This document shows, one piece after another, positions 1-12,048 of a stretch of DNA of 64,000 bases. Position numbers and translations under genes: made by a program. Origin of the DNA: Octopus vulgaris (Eukaryota); assembly GCA_951406725.2 (NCBI GenBank), contig OX597830.1, forward strand, positions 11,904,001-11,968,000, in the 5' to 3' direction. The notes under the pieces are model-generated. The model made no database searches. It was not told the DNA's origin and saw nothing but the letters and a program-made list of their open reading frames with translations. Position 1 is the stretch's first letter. The number at the start of each line of letters is the position of its first letter.

Positions 1-742
1 TGTTTAACAGTTGGAAGAAGTCAGTCTGGGTCAAATGCTTCTTTTGGCTGTCTCCACACGTATACTCGGCCGGTGATCAGAAATAAGGTAAAGGATGACT
101 CGCCTGAGAAAATAACATTCTTCTACTGCTCAAGGGATCAATTCTGTAGGTTTTTACTCCACTCTAAATGCTTTGAAACGTTTGTTTTTGAAAGTAATGG
201 TTTTCTGATTGCAGCCCTCCCTGAAATCTGGCTTTGTGCAGCCCCCGGCGGCGAACAGTTTTTGTGGAAACAGTGTTCTCGAGGTGGTCATTAAGCTCTG
301 CAGTAATTTTGGGAGCTATAGTTTTGTTATCCTTTCTAATAATTCGCGTAAGAGTCCGATGGTCCCTTCTGAAAGTTTTGGTTTTCTTCCGGAGTTTTGT
401 CTCGATGAGGAGGTTTTTCCCTCTTTCTCAAAGGCTGCCATTACTTTCGAGACAGTACTTCTACATACACCAAACATTTTGGCTGTTTCTCTTAAACCAG
501 CGCCTGCCACACAAGCGCCAACAATTCGACTTCTTTGAAAGACCGATAGATCTGTCATTTTAATGAATTTTAATTACCTTTAACTGATGATATCAGAAAA
601 GAAACAGCAATTTTACCAATATATATTAAACAGCACTAATAATAAATAAGAAAAAAACCCATAAAAATAAACAAGCTTTTGGCGGTTTTATAGATTATGA
701 TGCTCTGATGCTGGGTGTTTCCATTATTTTGTTCAACCCCTG
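1..742 (-). mobile_element. Tc1-family DNA transposon, 5' part (decayed transposase, cut by window edge)
   Basis: ORF 316..558 gives a paired-like HTH (MTDLSVFQRSRIVGAC...SGRKPKLS). The minus strand continues RKPLLS...EWSKN...VIFSGES...VYVWRQPKEAF with stops. The terminus CAGGGGTTGAACAAAATAATGG abuts TA at 743-744. Confidence 0.9.
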
Positions 743-811
743 TATTTATAGACATCTATACACGCACACATGTTTATATGTACATATGAATTCATATGTA
801 TGCATGCATAA

Positions 812-1094
812 ATAATACAATACAATACAATACAATGCAATACAATATAATATAATATAATATAATACAATATAATATAATATAATACAATATAATACAA
901 TATAATACAATATAATATAATATTATATAATATAATATAATATTATATGATATAATATAATATAATATTATATGATATAATACAATATAATACAATATAA
1001 TACAATATAATATAATATAATATAATATAATATAATATAATGTAATATAATATAATGTAATATAATATATATATATATATATATATAGAGAGAA

Positions 1095-1142
<48 letters not shown>
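812..1142. repeat. Compound microsatellite (AATAC/AATAT)n-(TA)n-(GA)n
   Basis: Directly visible. Confidence 0.95.
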
Positions 1143-1145
<3 letters not shown>

Positions 1146-1199
1146 AGATGCATATGTATGTATATATATGATTGATCTCTTAAATCATCACAGATGTAA

Positions 1200-2600
1200 C
1201 TTTTCAGTTCCGCTAGGGATGTACACCCTTTTGCACGGATGGGTGATCGAGCATACGACAGCTGGATGTATCGTGAAACGTGGATATGATGTAAAACAAT
1301 GTGGCTACGACACTTCAAGCGAAAGGTCCTATCATGTACCAGAAAGGCTCTAAATGAACCTGATCTCAAGGGCCTTCGTAAAAAGTACAAAGGATATTGC
1401 AGAGAGGTTTCTTCGTGAGCAAAACATTTCACCAAAATCAATGAGATAACAAGAAAATTTTTACACAGCGCCAAAGTAGAACATCAACCGACCGCATTGC
1501 ACAACCGGCGGAAAGATGTGAGCGGCTGATGACACTCTAGGCACCAGGCGCCCTGCCTCATTCCACGCTTGATCCAGGATTGCAACTTAGAAAGTCAAGT
1601 TGCTGAAAAGCGAGTCTGACAAACAGGGGCGACAGCCGCTCACCGTCAAGAAAACGCTGGAGATGTCGCAACATCAGCCTCAGTATGCCCACTCCACCAT
1701 TCACCGGGTGTTGACAATAAATGGAGTACCTGACGCGTGGAACGCATCCCTTCCACAGAAAGCGGAAAGGTTGGTGTTCCAGTCCAGTGAGATGTGAACT
1801 GGAGCAGAGCACGACGGTCAGGCAGTAATATATGAAGGAGGCTATGTAAAATATTCACCACTTCTGCCCGACCTTTCAAGGATAGCTTTCTCAGCTAATT
1901 TCTGGGTGAGATTGGCTGCTCTGCTCGTAACCTCATTCCAGATCTTCTCCCCTTTGAGAAGACCCAAGACCCAAGCAATTTAAGCGACCCGTCCATTCGT
2001 CCAACGTCCCGCTCTTGGACGGCATGGAATTGCCACTCCAGGTTCCCAGCAGTAGACCCACCGACTTTTCTTGGTTGATTTTTGTTCCTGTTACTGCCTT
2101 GTATTCCCTTAGAAGGAGCACTCCGTCAGTTACGACGACGAGGGTCCCCGCTGGTATGATCAACGGAACAGCATGCTCGTGAAATTAACGTGCAAGTGGC
2201 TGAGCACTCCACAGACACGTGTACCCCTAACGTAGTTCTCGGGGAGATTCAGCGTGACACAGAGAGTGACAAGGGCGGCCCTTTGAAATACAGGTACAAC
2301 TCATTTTTGCCAGCTGAGTGGACTGGAGCAACGTGAAATAAAGTGTCTTGCTCAAGGACACAACGTGTCGCCGGGAATCGAACTCACGACCTTACAATCG
2401 TGAGCCGAATGCCCTAACTACTAAGCCACGCGCCTTCACTATTCCCTTAGGGCAGTTCTGATCACCCCGATGTGTTTGGTGTCCGACATATGACGGTGTT
2501 GTCGTCCGGGTATGCCAATACAGTTCTCCCTCGTTCTAGTTCGTGCAGGATACCTCTCAACGTTTTCAGTTCCCACTTAGTGGGTTAAGAGTCAGGACAC
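1200..2600 (-). mobile_element. Tx1/L1-clade LINE ORF2 remnant, interrupted by a SINE
   Basis: Minus-strand fragments VLAYPDD (YADD-like), YKAVTGTKINQEKSVGLLLGTW, LKGRAEVVNI and FRFLWKG..V...QHPVNGGVG resemble L1/Tx1 RT and post-RT motifs; frameshifted. Confidence 0.7.
2113..2439 (-). mobile_element. tRNA-derived SINE family D, full length
   Basis: A/B-box head (TGGCTTAGTAGTTAGG...GTTCGATTCCC); 11-bp TSD TATTCCCTTAG at 2102-2112 and 2440-2450. Confidence 0.9.
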
Positions 2601-2676
2601 TCAAAAGGGACGAAAGGGGACAAACTGGACAGATTGAGCGTATAATATGGAAGGGTTTCAATTATTTGACTGCATT

Positions 2677-2684
2677 CACGCACG

Positions 2685-2756
<72 letters not shown>

Positions 2757-2794
2757 CACACACACACATACACACTAACACACAAACACTCACG

Positions 2795-2825
<31 letters not shown>

Positions 2826-2839
2826 GCACACACACACAA

Positions 2840-2870
<31 letters not shown>

Positions 2871-2873
2871 TAC

Positions 2874-2904
<31 letters not shown>

Positions 2905-2967
2905 AACACACACAAACTTACACACACACACAAACACACAAACACACACACAAACACACACGCACGC

Positions 2968-3043
<76 letters not shown>
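2677..3043. repeat. Long imperfect (CA)n array next to a SINE A fragment (about 3050-3175, minus)
   Basis: Directly visible. Confidence 0.95.
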
Positions 3044-3047
<4 letters not shown>

Positions 3048-3523
3048 AGTATAGGCTTCAGTTTCCGTCTGCCAAATCTACTCACAAGGCCTTTGATCGA
3101 CCCAAGGTTCCACACAATGGGACTGAACCCCGAACCATATGGCTGGGAAGCCAAAATTCTTACCACCCAACCTCATATTCTGTATATGTTGTATAAACAT
3201 GTCTTTATAACAATTTTATTGACAGTAACTTCGAAGTTCCACCAGATACATATTTTATTCAAACCGTGAAATTTGAGTTGAAATATCGTTCTCTTCTCTT
3301 TCGGAGAGAACGGAAAAATTAATTTGAATAGCTGGAAGGAAGGTAGTAATTGTGTTAGTGGGAAGTATTTAGTTTGGGGAGACCTGACAAAAGTAATAAA
3401 TATGAAAGTCAGGGTTTGTGAAGTAATCGTAGCAAATATTGCAAATTTTTATCTTGATTTGGGCACGAAAGTGGATGGTTATCTTTACTCGCCCACCTCT
3501 ACACCTGTGTATTTTTGCAGATT

Positions 3524-3536
3524 ACACACACACATA

Positions 3537-3596
<60 letters not shown>

Positions 3597-3756
3597 CGCG
3601 CACACGCACGCACACACACACAAACACACACACGCACGCACACACACACACACACGCACACACACACACACACACGCACAAACACACACACACATACAAA
3701 CACACACACACAGACACACACACAAACACACATACACAAACACACACACAAACACG

Positions 3757-3787
<31 letters not shown>

Positions 3788-3789
3788 AT
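3524..3789. repeat. Long imperfect (CA)n array
   Basis: Directly visible. Confidence 0.95.
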
Positions 3790-3821
3790 GCACTCATTAC
3801 TGGATATAGTATATATATATA

Positions 3822-4458
3822 CTAGCAGTATCGCCCGGCGTTGCTCGGGTTTGTAAGGGAAATAACTATATAAGCATTTTTAGAGAGTTATAGCCAAAAA
3901 TAGCAAAAAATGCATTAAAAATGGAAAAAATATGATGGTAAATTTTTTTTAAAAATCGTTGACTCATCGTAGACATTTTTAGAGAGTTACTTCCCTTATA
4001 TAATAGCGAAAAAATGCATTAAAATGGAAAAAAAACGATGGTAATTTTTTTTTTAAATCGTAGACTCATGTAGACGCTTTCTTAGCCATTTCTGTTTTGG
4101 TGTCTTCAAGCCATGAAGTCGTTGTTCTAAAAGAACACTGGTCTCCTTGACAACGCATTACGACGTTGATTTCCTTACACTCCCTTCCCCACAGGTGCAG
4201 GTGTGAGCGTGGACGCCAACTCCGCCGCCATCGACACACGAAAAATTATGCATTAAAATGGAATAAAAAATGATGTTAAATTATTTTTAAAATCGTAGAC
4301 TCATCGTAGACGCGCGCTAATATTCAGACGGGCTCGATATGAATCACGACTATAAGCTACCCGAATTTGGTTAAACTGTACCGCAAAATGTGGGAGTAGT
4401 TAGGAATCTAAATCGAAGGGGACAGACACTCACACAACTACAGTTTTATATATATAGA
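3822..4458 (-). mobile_element. Non-autonomous Helitron-like element
   Basis: Minus strand starts TCTATATATATAAAAC and ends with a CCCGAGCAACGCCGGG hairpin plus CTAG, inserted between A and T; internal tandem duplications; second copy at 54574. Confidence 0.8.
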
Positions 4459-4465
4459 TATACAT

Positions 4466-4840
4466 AGCGCAGTAGTGGTGAGATATGACAGCAAAGAAAA
4501 GCATACATTCACTCTCTGCATGCAATTAGACTCGGAAAGTTCGTGAGGAACCCATTGACCCAATTTGCTGACTTTTCCGATAGCACACAGGTGTCAATGA
4601 ATGGTTGAATGACCAAATCCAAGCTTCTCTGCTAGTTCCTCAACAGTTACGATGATATTTTGTTCCACCAGGGTTTTCAGGATGTCCTTGTCGAGTTCTA
4701 CAGATCTTTCAGGATGAGGCTCGTCTTCTAGGCTGTAGTTTATGGCTCGGGATTTCTGGAACCACCATTGACACTGCCTTACGCTTATTGTCCAATCCCC
4801 ATATACTGCATTAATATTTCTTGTAGTTTGCACACATTTA
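4466..4840 (-). mobile_element. mariner transposase N-terminal remnant
   Basis: RNINAVYG...QWWFQK...SLEDEPHPER...TVEELAEKLG..HSTI followed by GKVSKLGQWVPHELSE (mariner WVPHEL motif). Confidence 0.85.
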
Positions 4841-4893
4841 TATTCTGTTATTCTTTTATATGTTTCAGCCTTGAGGTTGTGGCCATGCTGGAT

Positions 4894-4895
<2 letters not shown>

Positions 4896-4945
<50 letters not shown>

Positions 4946-5270
4946 TATCTGTCTGTCTGTCTGTCTGTATGTATATATGTATATGTATGTGTGTGAACAA
5001 TAATATTTTCAACAGATGTGTTGCAAATGTATCTGATTGTTCTCAAGCTTCAATACTGTGTGTGTGTGTATGTGTGTGTGTGTATGTATGTATGTATATG
5101 TATGTATGTATGTATGTATATGTATGTATGTATGTATGTGTGTATGTATGTATGTGTGTGTGTGTGTATGTGTGTGTGTATGTGTGTGTGTGTATGTATG
5201 TATGTATGCATGTATGTATGTATGTATGTATGTATGTATGTATGTATGTATGTATGTATGTATGTATGTA
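4896..5270. repeat. (TG)n/(TATG)n microsatellites
   Basis: Directly visible. Confidence 0.95.
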
Positions 5271-5780
5271 GTGTATGTTTACTTTATTACTAATTACTCT
5301 CTTCCAAGAACATTTTCACTCACTCTTAGCTCTTAGCTTCCCATACATTTTACTCGTGTATCTATCAGCGTCATAGACAGAATACTTTCACTTTAGTCTT
5401 CCTCAAATCACTGTCGCTATTTACTTTCATTTTATTCGTTGCCCACTGTGTGTGTGCGTTTGCGTGTGGTGTAAACCAGACTAAGAAAAGCATTTGACAC
5501 ACACACCAGAATGTGAGTTTTCTGTAAATTTTGCTTAATTGGAGTTTAAATTTTAAAAACTGGACCTGGCATGACGCGATGCATTGTACTCTCAAAAATG
5601 CTAGGTAAATTGTAATTGAAGAAATCCTATATTGTAGATTTGTATAACTCCCAAAGGGAGGCAGATAAAATCTGCCTTTTATAATAAGAGATGTATATAT
5701 AGTCCTATGTATAAAATCTTACTCGCGCATAAATACAAGCGTCTACACAAGCAAACACACATATGTATATCTACATTCTA

Positions 5781-5998
5781 TGAAGGCGTGTGGGTTAGCA
5801 GTTTGTGGTGTTCAGCTCACGATCATAAGGTTGTGTGTTCAATTCCCAGTAGTACACTTATGTCATTGAGCAAGACGCTTTATTTTACATTGCTCCAGTC
5901 TACTAAGCTGGCAAAAATGAGTTGTACCTGTAATTCATACGGCCAGCCTTGTCACATTCTGTATTGCGTTGAATTTCTCTGAGAACAATGTTAAGGGT
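5781..5998 (+). mobile_element. SINE family D, decayed, interrupted by SINE C
   Basis: Similar to the 2113-2439 copy. Confidence 0.75.
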
Positions 5999-6385
5999 GT
6001 GGAGGCGCAATGGCCCAGTGGTTAGGGCAGCGGACTCGCGGTAGTAGGATCGCAGTTTCGTCTTCCCAGACCGGGCGTTGTGAGTGTTTATTGAGCGAAA
6101 ACACCTAAAGTTCCACGAGGCACCGGCAGGGGATGGTGACGAACCCTGCTGTACTCTTTCACCACAACTTTCTCTCACTCTTTCTTCCTGTTTCTCTTGT
6201 ACCTGTATCTCAAAGGGCCAGCCTTGTCACTCTCTGTGTCACGCTGAATATCCCCGAGAACTACGTTAAGGGTACACGTGTCTGTGGAGTGCTCAGCCAC
6301 TTGCACGTCAATCTCATGAGCAGGCTGTTCCGTTAATTGGATCAACTGGAATCCTCGTCGTAGTAACCGACGGAGTGCCATGACG
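5999..6385 (+). mobile_element. tRNA-derived SINE family C (shares 3' half with family D)
   Basis: tRNA-like head GGAGGCGCAATGGCCCAGTGGTTAGGGC; TSD ATGTTAAGGGT at 5988-5998 and 6386-6396. Confidence 0.9.
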
Positions 6386-7023
6386 ATGTTAAGGGTACAT
6401 GTCTGTGTACCCTTAACATATGTATATATATATATATATATATGTAAATATATATGTGTATACACACACGCATTGCCTTTGTAATCGTGATGTTTGGTAG
6501 CAAGCTTTAATATCTCCATCCCAGTTTGAAAATCCCTATTTCATTCAGTGTGTTTATAAATATCTTTATCCTCATAGACTGAATGTCTCTTTCGCTGAAC
6601 AACAGTTGAATATCACCTGAAGAAATAAGGTTCTTACGCAACACTGCGGAGTTACGTAACGGTATATAATATGCAATATGTTTTCTATTGGTACTAAATG
6701 ATAATCAGGCCGTTAAAACGCGTGTAGTGACATTCTGAACCGTCCATTTCTTTTGCTTACTATAAACATATGAGAGGGCGGGAGCATGCATGCATATGTA
6801 TGTAAAATATCAACGACCACATTATTGAATAAGCATGCGAAATAGCTGAGTATTACTCTGACACGTATAAGCTTCCTGTACCTTGTAAATACACCATTCT
6901 GCTTAGATAATGGAACTGCAAATACAATATCCTTACGTATTTCACGTCCGTTTTCATTCCTCCACTTCAACTCTGTATTTCATATCTTCTCTATAATAAC
7001 TTACATAAACATTTTCTCGCACC

Positions 7024-7071
7024 GTCTCTGATGAAGGGATACATAAAATATCCCGGAAACAGCTGTAAGAC
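7024..7071 (+). ncRNA. Type I minimal hammerhead ribozyme motif (Penelope-like)
   Basis: GTCT-CTGATGA-A-GGGATA(CATAAAA)TATCCC-G-GAAA-CAGCTG-TA-AGAC: stem I, canonical core, stem II and palindromic stem III. Confidence 0.75.
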
Positions 7072-7139
7072 CTCTTTATAAATGTTCTGACAACTATTCA
7101 CAGCCTTGGATTTTTTATCTCATTCTGTTAATTCATATA

Positions 7140-7333
7140 TATGTGACCGCGTGTGTACCGTTGGCGATTTTTTTCCCTCTGTCTTCCCTTCCCTGGATCT
7201 TTCCTTCTCCCATGTTTCCGAAAGAACTCCGCTCGAAACGTTAAACCCTTCTTCTTTCCTGAGCGTCCAATAATACTATATTTGTTCCACGTCCTCGCGT
7301 TGTTGTGTTTTTTTTGTGCTTTATTGTTTGGAT

Positions 7334-7340
<7 letters not shown>
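7140..7340 (+). mobile_element. Short Penelope-terminal-repeat-like element with degenerate hammerhead (copy 1)
   Basis: About 200 bp, closely similar to 20138-20335; contains GTTT-CCGA...GCTC-GAAACGTT-AAAC and ends in (TA)n. Confidence 0.6.
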
Positions 7341-7370
<30 letters not shown>

Positions 7371-7669
7371 CTCACTCTTTCGCAATAAAAAACTTTTTAA
7401 AAGCCAATCAGTTTAGAAGATACCCTCAACTCCTAGCGACCCTGTATTCCACGAACCTACTCGCTCCTATTGTTTTCTTCTGCCTTCTCCATTCCAACTT
7501 AACCATTTCCTTCAACCAGCCGCCTACAGTTCCAATAAACTTAACTACAAAGTAGAACAATAAACTCAAGCAGAGCAATTTCTGGAAAGGAAAACAAAAT
7601 AGAAACACACGGAGCCTCAAACACATGTTCAGCTTCGGCGACAAACAACAACAACACGTCGGAGTCACT

Positions 7670-8207
7670 AGGCAGTGGCTTTCATAGCTTCTGATCTTAA
7701 CTGATTGGAAGTGTTATCATGTACATTGTTTTGTCTTGGTATAAAAGATGGGCTACAGCAAATATTCTGCTCAATACCACAGATTTGCTTGTCAGTTGTT
7801 TGACCTTAACCAGTTGAGCATGTTCCTTGGTGGCTGACGATATGTGCATTTCTGATCACGATCAGAATTAGTAAGGTAGCATCATAGCCATGTGTTGAGA
7901 GGGATTCTTTGGGGTTTGGATAATTCACCTCTGGAAACTTAGGTGTTTCGTTCAACATCCTTAAACAATCCTTATTCAGGAACGTTTTGAGTGGGATATG
8001 TTACTCGACCTGAAGAAAATTCTAACTGGGCCCCACCTGCAAGGTCATATGCGCTTAATCTTGATATGAGATCACCATGTCGCGCATATATGGTTGTGAT
8101 GCATGTGCCTGGTGTATCCTTGTCAGACGGGTAGTCATGATGGGTATATTGGGCTTCGTATATTTTACCCCAGTGTCATTTTGATGACATGCACTGCTCT
8201 CTCACTC

Positions 8208-8263
<56 letters not shown>
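7670..8263 (+). mobile_element. Unclassified retroelement 3' UTR ending in (TAA)n
   Basis: Non-coding segment terminating directly in a (TAA)n tail at 8208-8263; family not determinable from sequence alone. Confidence 0.45.
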
Positions 8264-8265
<2 letters not shown>

Positions 8266-8269
8266 TGAA

Positions 8270-11090
8270 TGAAATTCTGAAATACATCAGAACAAAAAAA
8301 CATTACAGAAACAAATAATTTGATCAAGGTAGCAAGTAATGTAGCAGAAAATGTGAGTGTTGATATCAAGGAAAAGCAATATAATGGGAATGACAAAAGC
8401 AAAGATCCATGGTGGAAAAGAAGAATATAGGCAGGGTTAGATATGCTCTCGAAGGACATTTCTGTGTTAGACCGAAAAGAGAAAGGGGAGCTTAAAAACG
8501 AACAAAAATACAGGGCGCTGAAAAGGAAGTATGATATTGAAAGAAAGGGCCTGAAAGTGGTAATGGAGGAACTGAAACAGCGCCTCGTTGCAAAGAAAGC
8601 AAAGATGGTCAGATACGACCAAAAAAAGGAGGGATACCGGCAGAATAGGTTATTCAGAGTAGATCAGAAGAGATTCTACAACGAAATAAATGGAGAGTGT
8701 ACAGATGAAAAGTTGATACCTGATAACATTGAAAGTCAAATGTTTTGGAGTGACATCTGGAGCAAAGACAAGGAGCACAAGAAGGATGCTGAATGGTTTC
8801 AAGAATTGAAACAAACAGTAGTCTGTCCAAAACAGGCAGAACTAGTCATTTCAGTTAAGGAAGTGAAGGAAATCAACAAAAAATGGGCTACTGGAAGGCC
8901 CCGGGACCAGATGGAGTTCAAGGCTACTGGATCAAAAGATTTGGTGAATGTCATGCACGAACAGATGCACAACTCAACACCTTGTTAAATGCCGACTAAG
9001 TAACACCAGAGTGACTGACAATGGTTAGGACAGTGCTGTTCTTGAAAAAACATCGATAAAGGCAATACGGTAGACAATTACAGGCCGATATCCTGCTTGC
9101 CACTTACGTGGAAATTATTGACTGGAATGGTCACAGAGTTAATGTACGAACATCTGGAAAAAATGGAGTCCTGCCACATGAGCAGAAGGGTTGCAAGCGT
9201 AAGTGCAGAGATACCAAGGATCAACTCCTGATAGATAAAACTGTACTTAGAGACTGCAAGAGAAGGAAAACTAACTTAGCCATGTCATGGATCGATTATC
9301 GTGAGACGTACGATATGATCCCGCATTCTTGGATAATGGAATGTATGAACCTATTTGGTATTGCATCGAATGTTGAGCGATTGCTTGGAAAAAGTATAGC
9401 GAAGTGGAGAACGGAACTGATGGCATATGGAAGAAGTTTAGGGACAATAGAAATTATGAGATACATTTTCCAAGGAGATTGCCTGTCCCCACTGAACTTT
9501 GTTCTGTGCATGATCCCACTAACACTGATTCTGAAGAAAGCAAAGGCTGTGTATGTATTTAAGAGCCGCCAACAAAAAGACAACCTCTTGTTATTCATGG
9601 ATGACCTCAAACGTTATGGTAAAGATGAATCCCAAGTCAGTTCCTTCGTTGATACGGTGTATAGTTTCAGTACTGATATCAGAATGGAGTTCAGACTGAA
9701 AAAATATGGTGTGGTAGTCTTGAAGAGAGGTATAATCAAATATATGGACGGGCTAGCGATACCGTCGGGGGAGGTTATGAAGCAGATAGAAGAGACGGCT
9801 TATAAGTACTGGGGGGATATTGGAAATGGATAAATTGATGGAGAAAGAAATGAAAGAAGTATTTAAGGTGGAATAAATACACAGACAGACTGATCTTTAA
9901 GTCGAAATTAAATGGACAGAATAAGATTGAAGCTATCAATACCTGGGCGGTTTCACTCCTTAGATATGGAGCAGGAGTAATCGCGTGGATAGTAGACGAA
10001 CTAAACAGCTTAGACAAAAAGACAATGAAGTTGCTCCACCCAAAAAGTGACACAGACAGACTGTATGTACCAAGAAAAGGAGGGGCAAGAGGACTGATTG
10101 GATGCGAACACAGCATCAGAGAAGAAGAAAACAATATAGCATGGTATGTAAAAAATGCCACACAACCGCTATTATTGGAAGTAAGAAGGTCAGGCTTGCC
10201 TAGGATGGAAGATTGCAAAGATAAAGCAATGTATAAGTGCTTGAGAATGAATGAAATTGAAAATAGGTGGATAAAGAAAAGAATGCCTGGAAAATTTCAT
10301 AGGGATTTGAAGATAAGACCGACAGGGAAAAGATGGCTATGGATGACTAAAAGTGATTTAAAACCGGAAACGGAGGCTATGATCTGTGCTGCCCATTGAG
10401 AACGAATTACAACAAATACAGAATAGACAACACATCAGAAAGTGATAAGTGCAGAATTTGTTGACAAAATGGTGAAACCATATGGCATATTACCAGCCAA
10501 TGTACGCCACTAGACCAGAAAAAATATAAGAAACGTCATGGCAATATAGTAAGGATTGTCCATTGGACACTTTGCAACAAGTATGGACTTGACAGAGCAA
10601 AAAAGTGGTACGAACATAAACCCAAAGGCATCATCGAAAATGATAATGCAAAGATCCTATGGGATTTTATGATTCACTGCGACCATGAGATAGAGAATAC
10701 GAAGCCAGACATAGTCTTCATTGAGAAAGAAAGCAAACAATGCTGGATCATAGATATAGCATGCCCAGCTGACAACAAAGTATTCAATAAGGAAGAAAGA
10801 AAAGTCGATAGATATAAAAGGTTAGCTTGGGAGGTTAAGCAGTTGTGGTCGCTGAAAAATGTGGTAGTAGTACCAATAATTGTCGGAGCCCTGGGAACAG
10901 TGAGTAAAACTCTTGAGAAGTTCATGGAACAAATAGGGGCTGCATTAAGGGTGAAGCACATGCAAAAAAACAGCACTGCTTAGAACTGCTCGAAAAATAA
11001 GGGGTGTTACCTTAGTTCACTGGTAGTGAATAGCTGACACCATTGTACTCTTCAGCATCAGAAGCTGTGGAAAGACAATAAAATAATAAT
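8270..11090 (+). mobile_element. R4/Dong-like non-LTR retrotransposon (RT plus restriction-like endonuclease), 5'-truncated and decayed
   Basis: [65 protein letters not shown] knuckle, KPDIV..IIDIACP..KVDRY; flanked by TAA repeats. Confidence 0.9.
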
Positions 11091-11303
11091 TGTTTCAAAT
11101 TTTGTGACAAGAGCAGCAATTTTGGGGGTGGGGATAAGTCGTTTATATCGATCCCAGTGTTCAACTGATACTTATTTTATCGACCACGAAAGGATGAAAG
11201 GCAAAGTTGACCTCAGCAGAATTTGAACTCAGAACGTAGTGACAGACGAAACGCTGCTAAGCATTTTACCCAGCGTGCTAACGATTCTACCAGCTAGCCG
11301 CCT
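11091..11303 (-). mobile_element. tRNA-derived SINE family B
   Basis: Reverse complement of the GGCGGCGAGCTGGCAGAATCGTTAGC...GTCGACTTTGCCTTTCATCCTTTC family; lies between TAA tracts. Confidence 0.85.
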
Positions 11304-11321
11304 AATAATAATAATAATAAC

Positions 11322-11374
<53 letters not shown>

Positions 11375-11497
11375 TAAAAATAAAAATAATAATAATAATA
11401 AAAATAATAATAATCATCACAACAAATCACAGCACATACCCAAGGCACAGAGCTGCGCTCGGTAGTGAAGTGAAAGCACGTTATAAAAATAAAACTA

Positions 11498-11532
<35 letters not shown>

Positions 11533-11560
11533 TAATAATAATAATAATAATAATAATAAA
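11303..11560. repeat. (TAA)n arrays enclosing a short retroelement-like 3' end (11418-11500)
   Basis: Directly visible. Confidence 0.85.
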
Positions 11561-11726
11561 GATTTCTTTTATTGGCCACGCGGGCCCAAGTCATGGAGGA
11601 CAATATCGAAGGATGAATTACAGGACAAAAAAATTACAAAATCACGTGGGGTTAACATCAATCAAGGGGCGATACTACCACAGTAAAGGATATAACAGAG
11701 GATATATATAATAGAAAGTAGAGAAA

Positions 11727-11757
<31 letters not shown>

Positions 11758-11995
11758 AATCCCCAATAGCGGGGTACTCCACTTAAAGTAATCCGGGGTA
11801 AACTCCACACAAAAATCCCGGATTACTCTGCCATCTCCAAGGCATAGGTAAGTGCCATCTTCCAGTTTCGTTCCTCCCGTTTAGAAAAGCATATTCAGAG
11901 CAGATCCATTCAGTTTCTCATTAGAAGGCAGCACGCCCCTCTTTACCCTCACCGTCCTCTTCAAATGATATTAGAAGAAATTGATGTTAAACTGT
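11558..11995 (-). mobile_element. Probable Tx1/L1-like LINE 3' end
   Basis: Minus strand reads INFF*YHLKRTVRVK, then a 3' UTR with an 11-bp hairpin (11787-11827) ending ...GTGGCCAATAAAGAAATC into (TTA)n. Confidence 0.5.
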
Positions 11996-12048
11996 CGTAT
12001 GTCCAAATTTGGCCAAATGCATTTTTTTCAATATTTATTTGTGCTTAA

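Noticed and set aside
585-610. CTGATGA...GAAA hammerhead-like words (also at about 30433 and on the minus strand at about 14025)
   Set aside because: No stem II or stem I pairing
2543-3856. Long HT/CV-rich ORFs
   Set aside because: Translations of (CA)n microsatellites; the same applies to ORFs at about 4768-5336, 12639-13100, 37328-37892, 43060-43683 and 56289-56741
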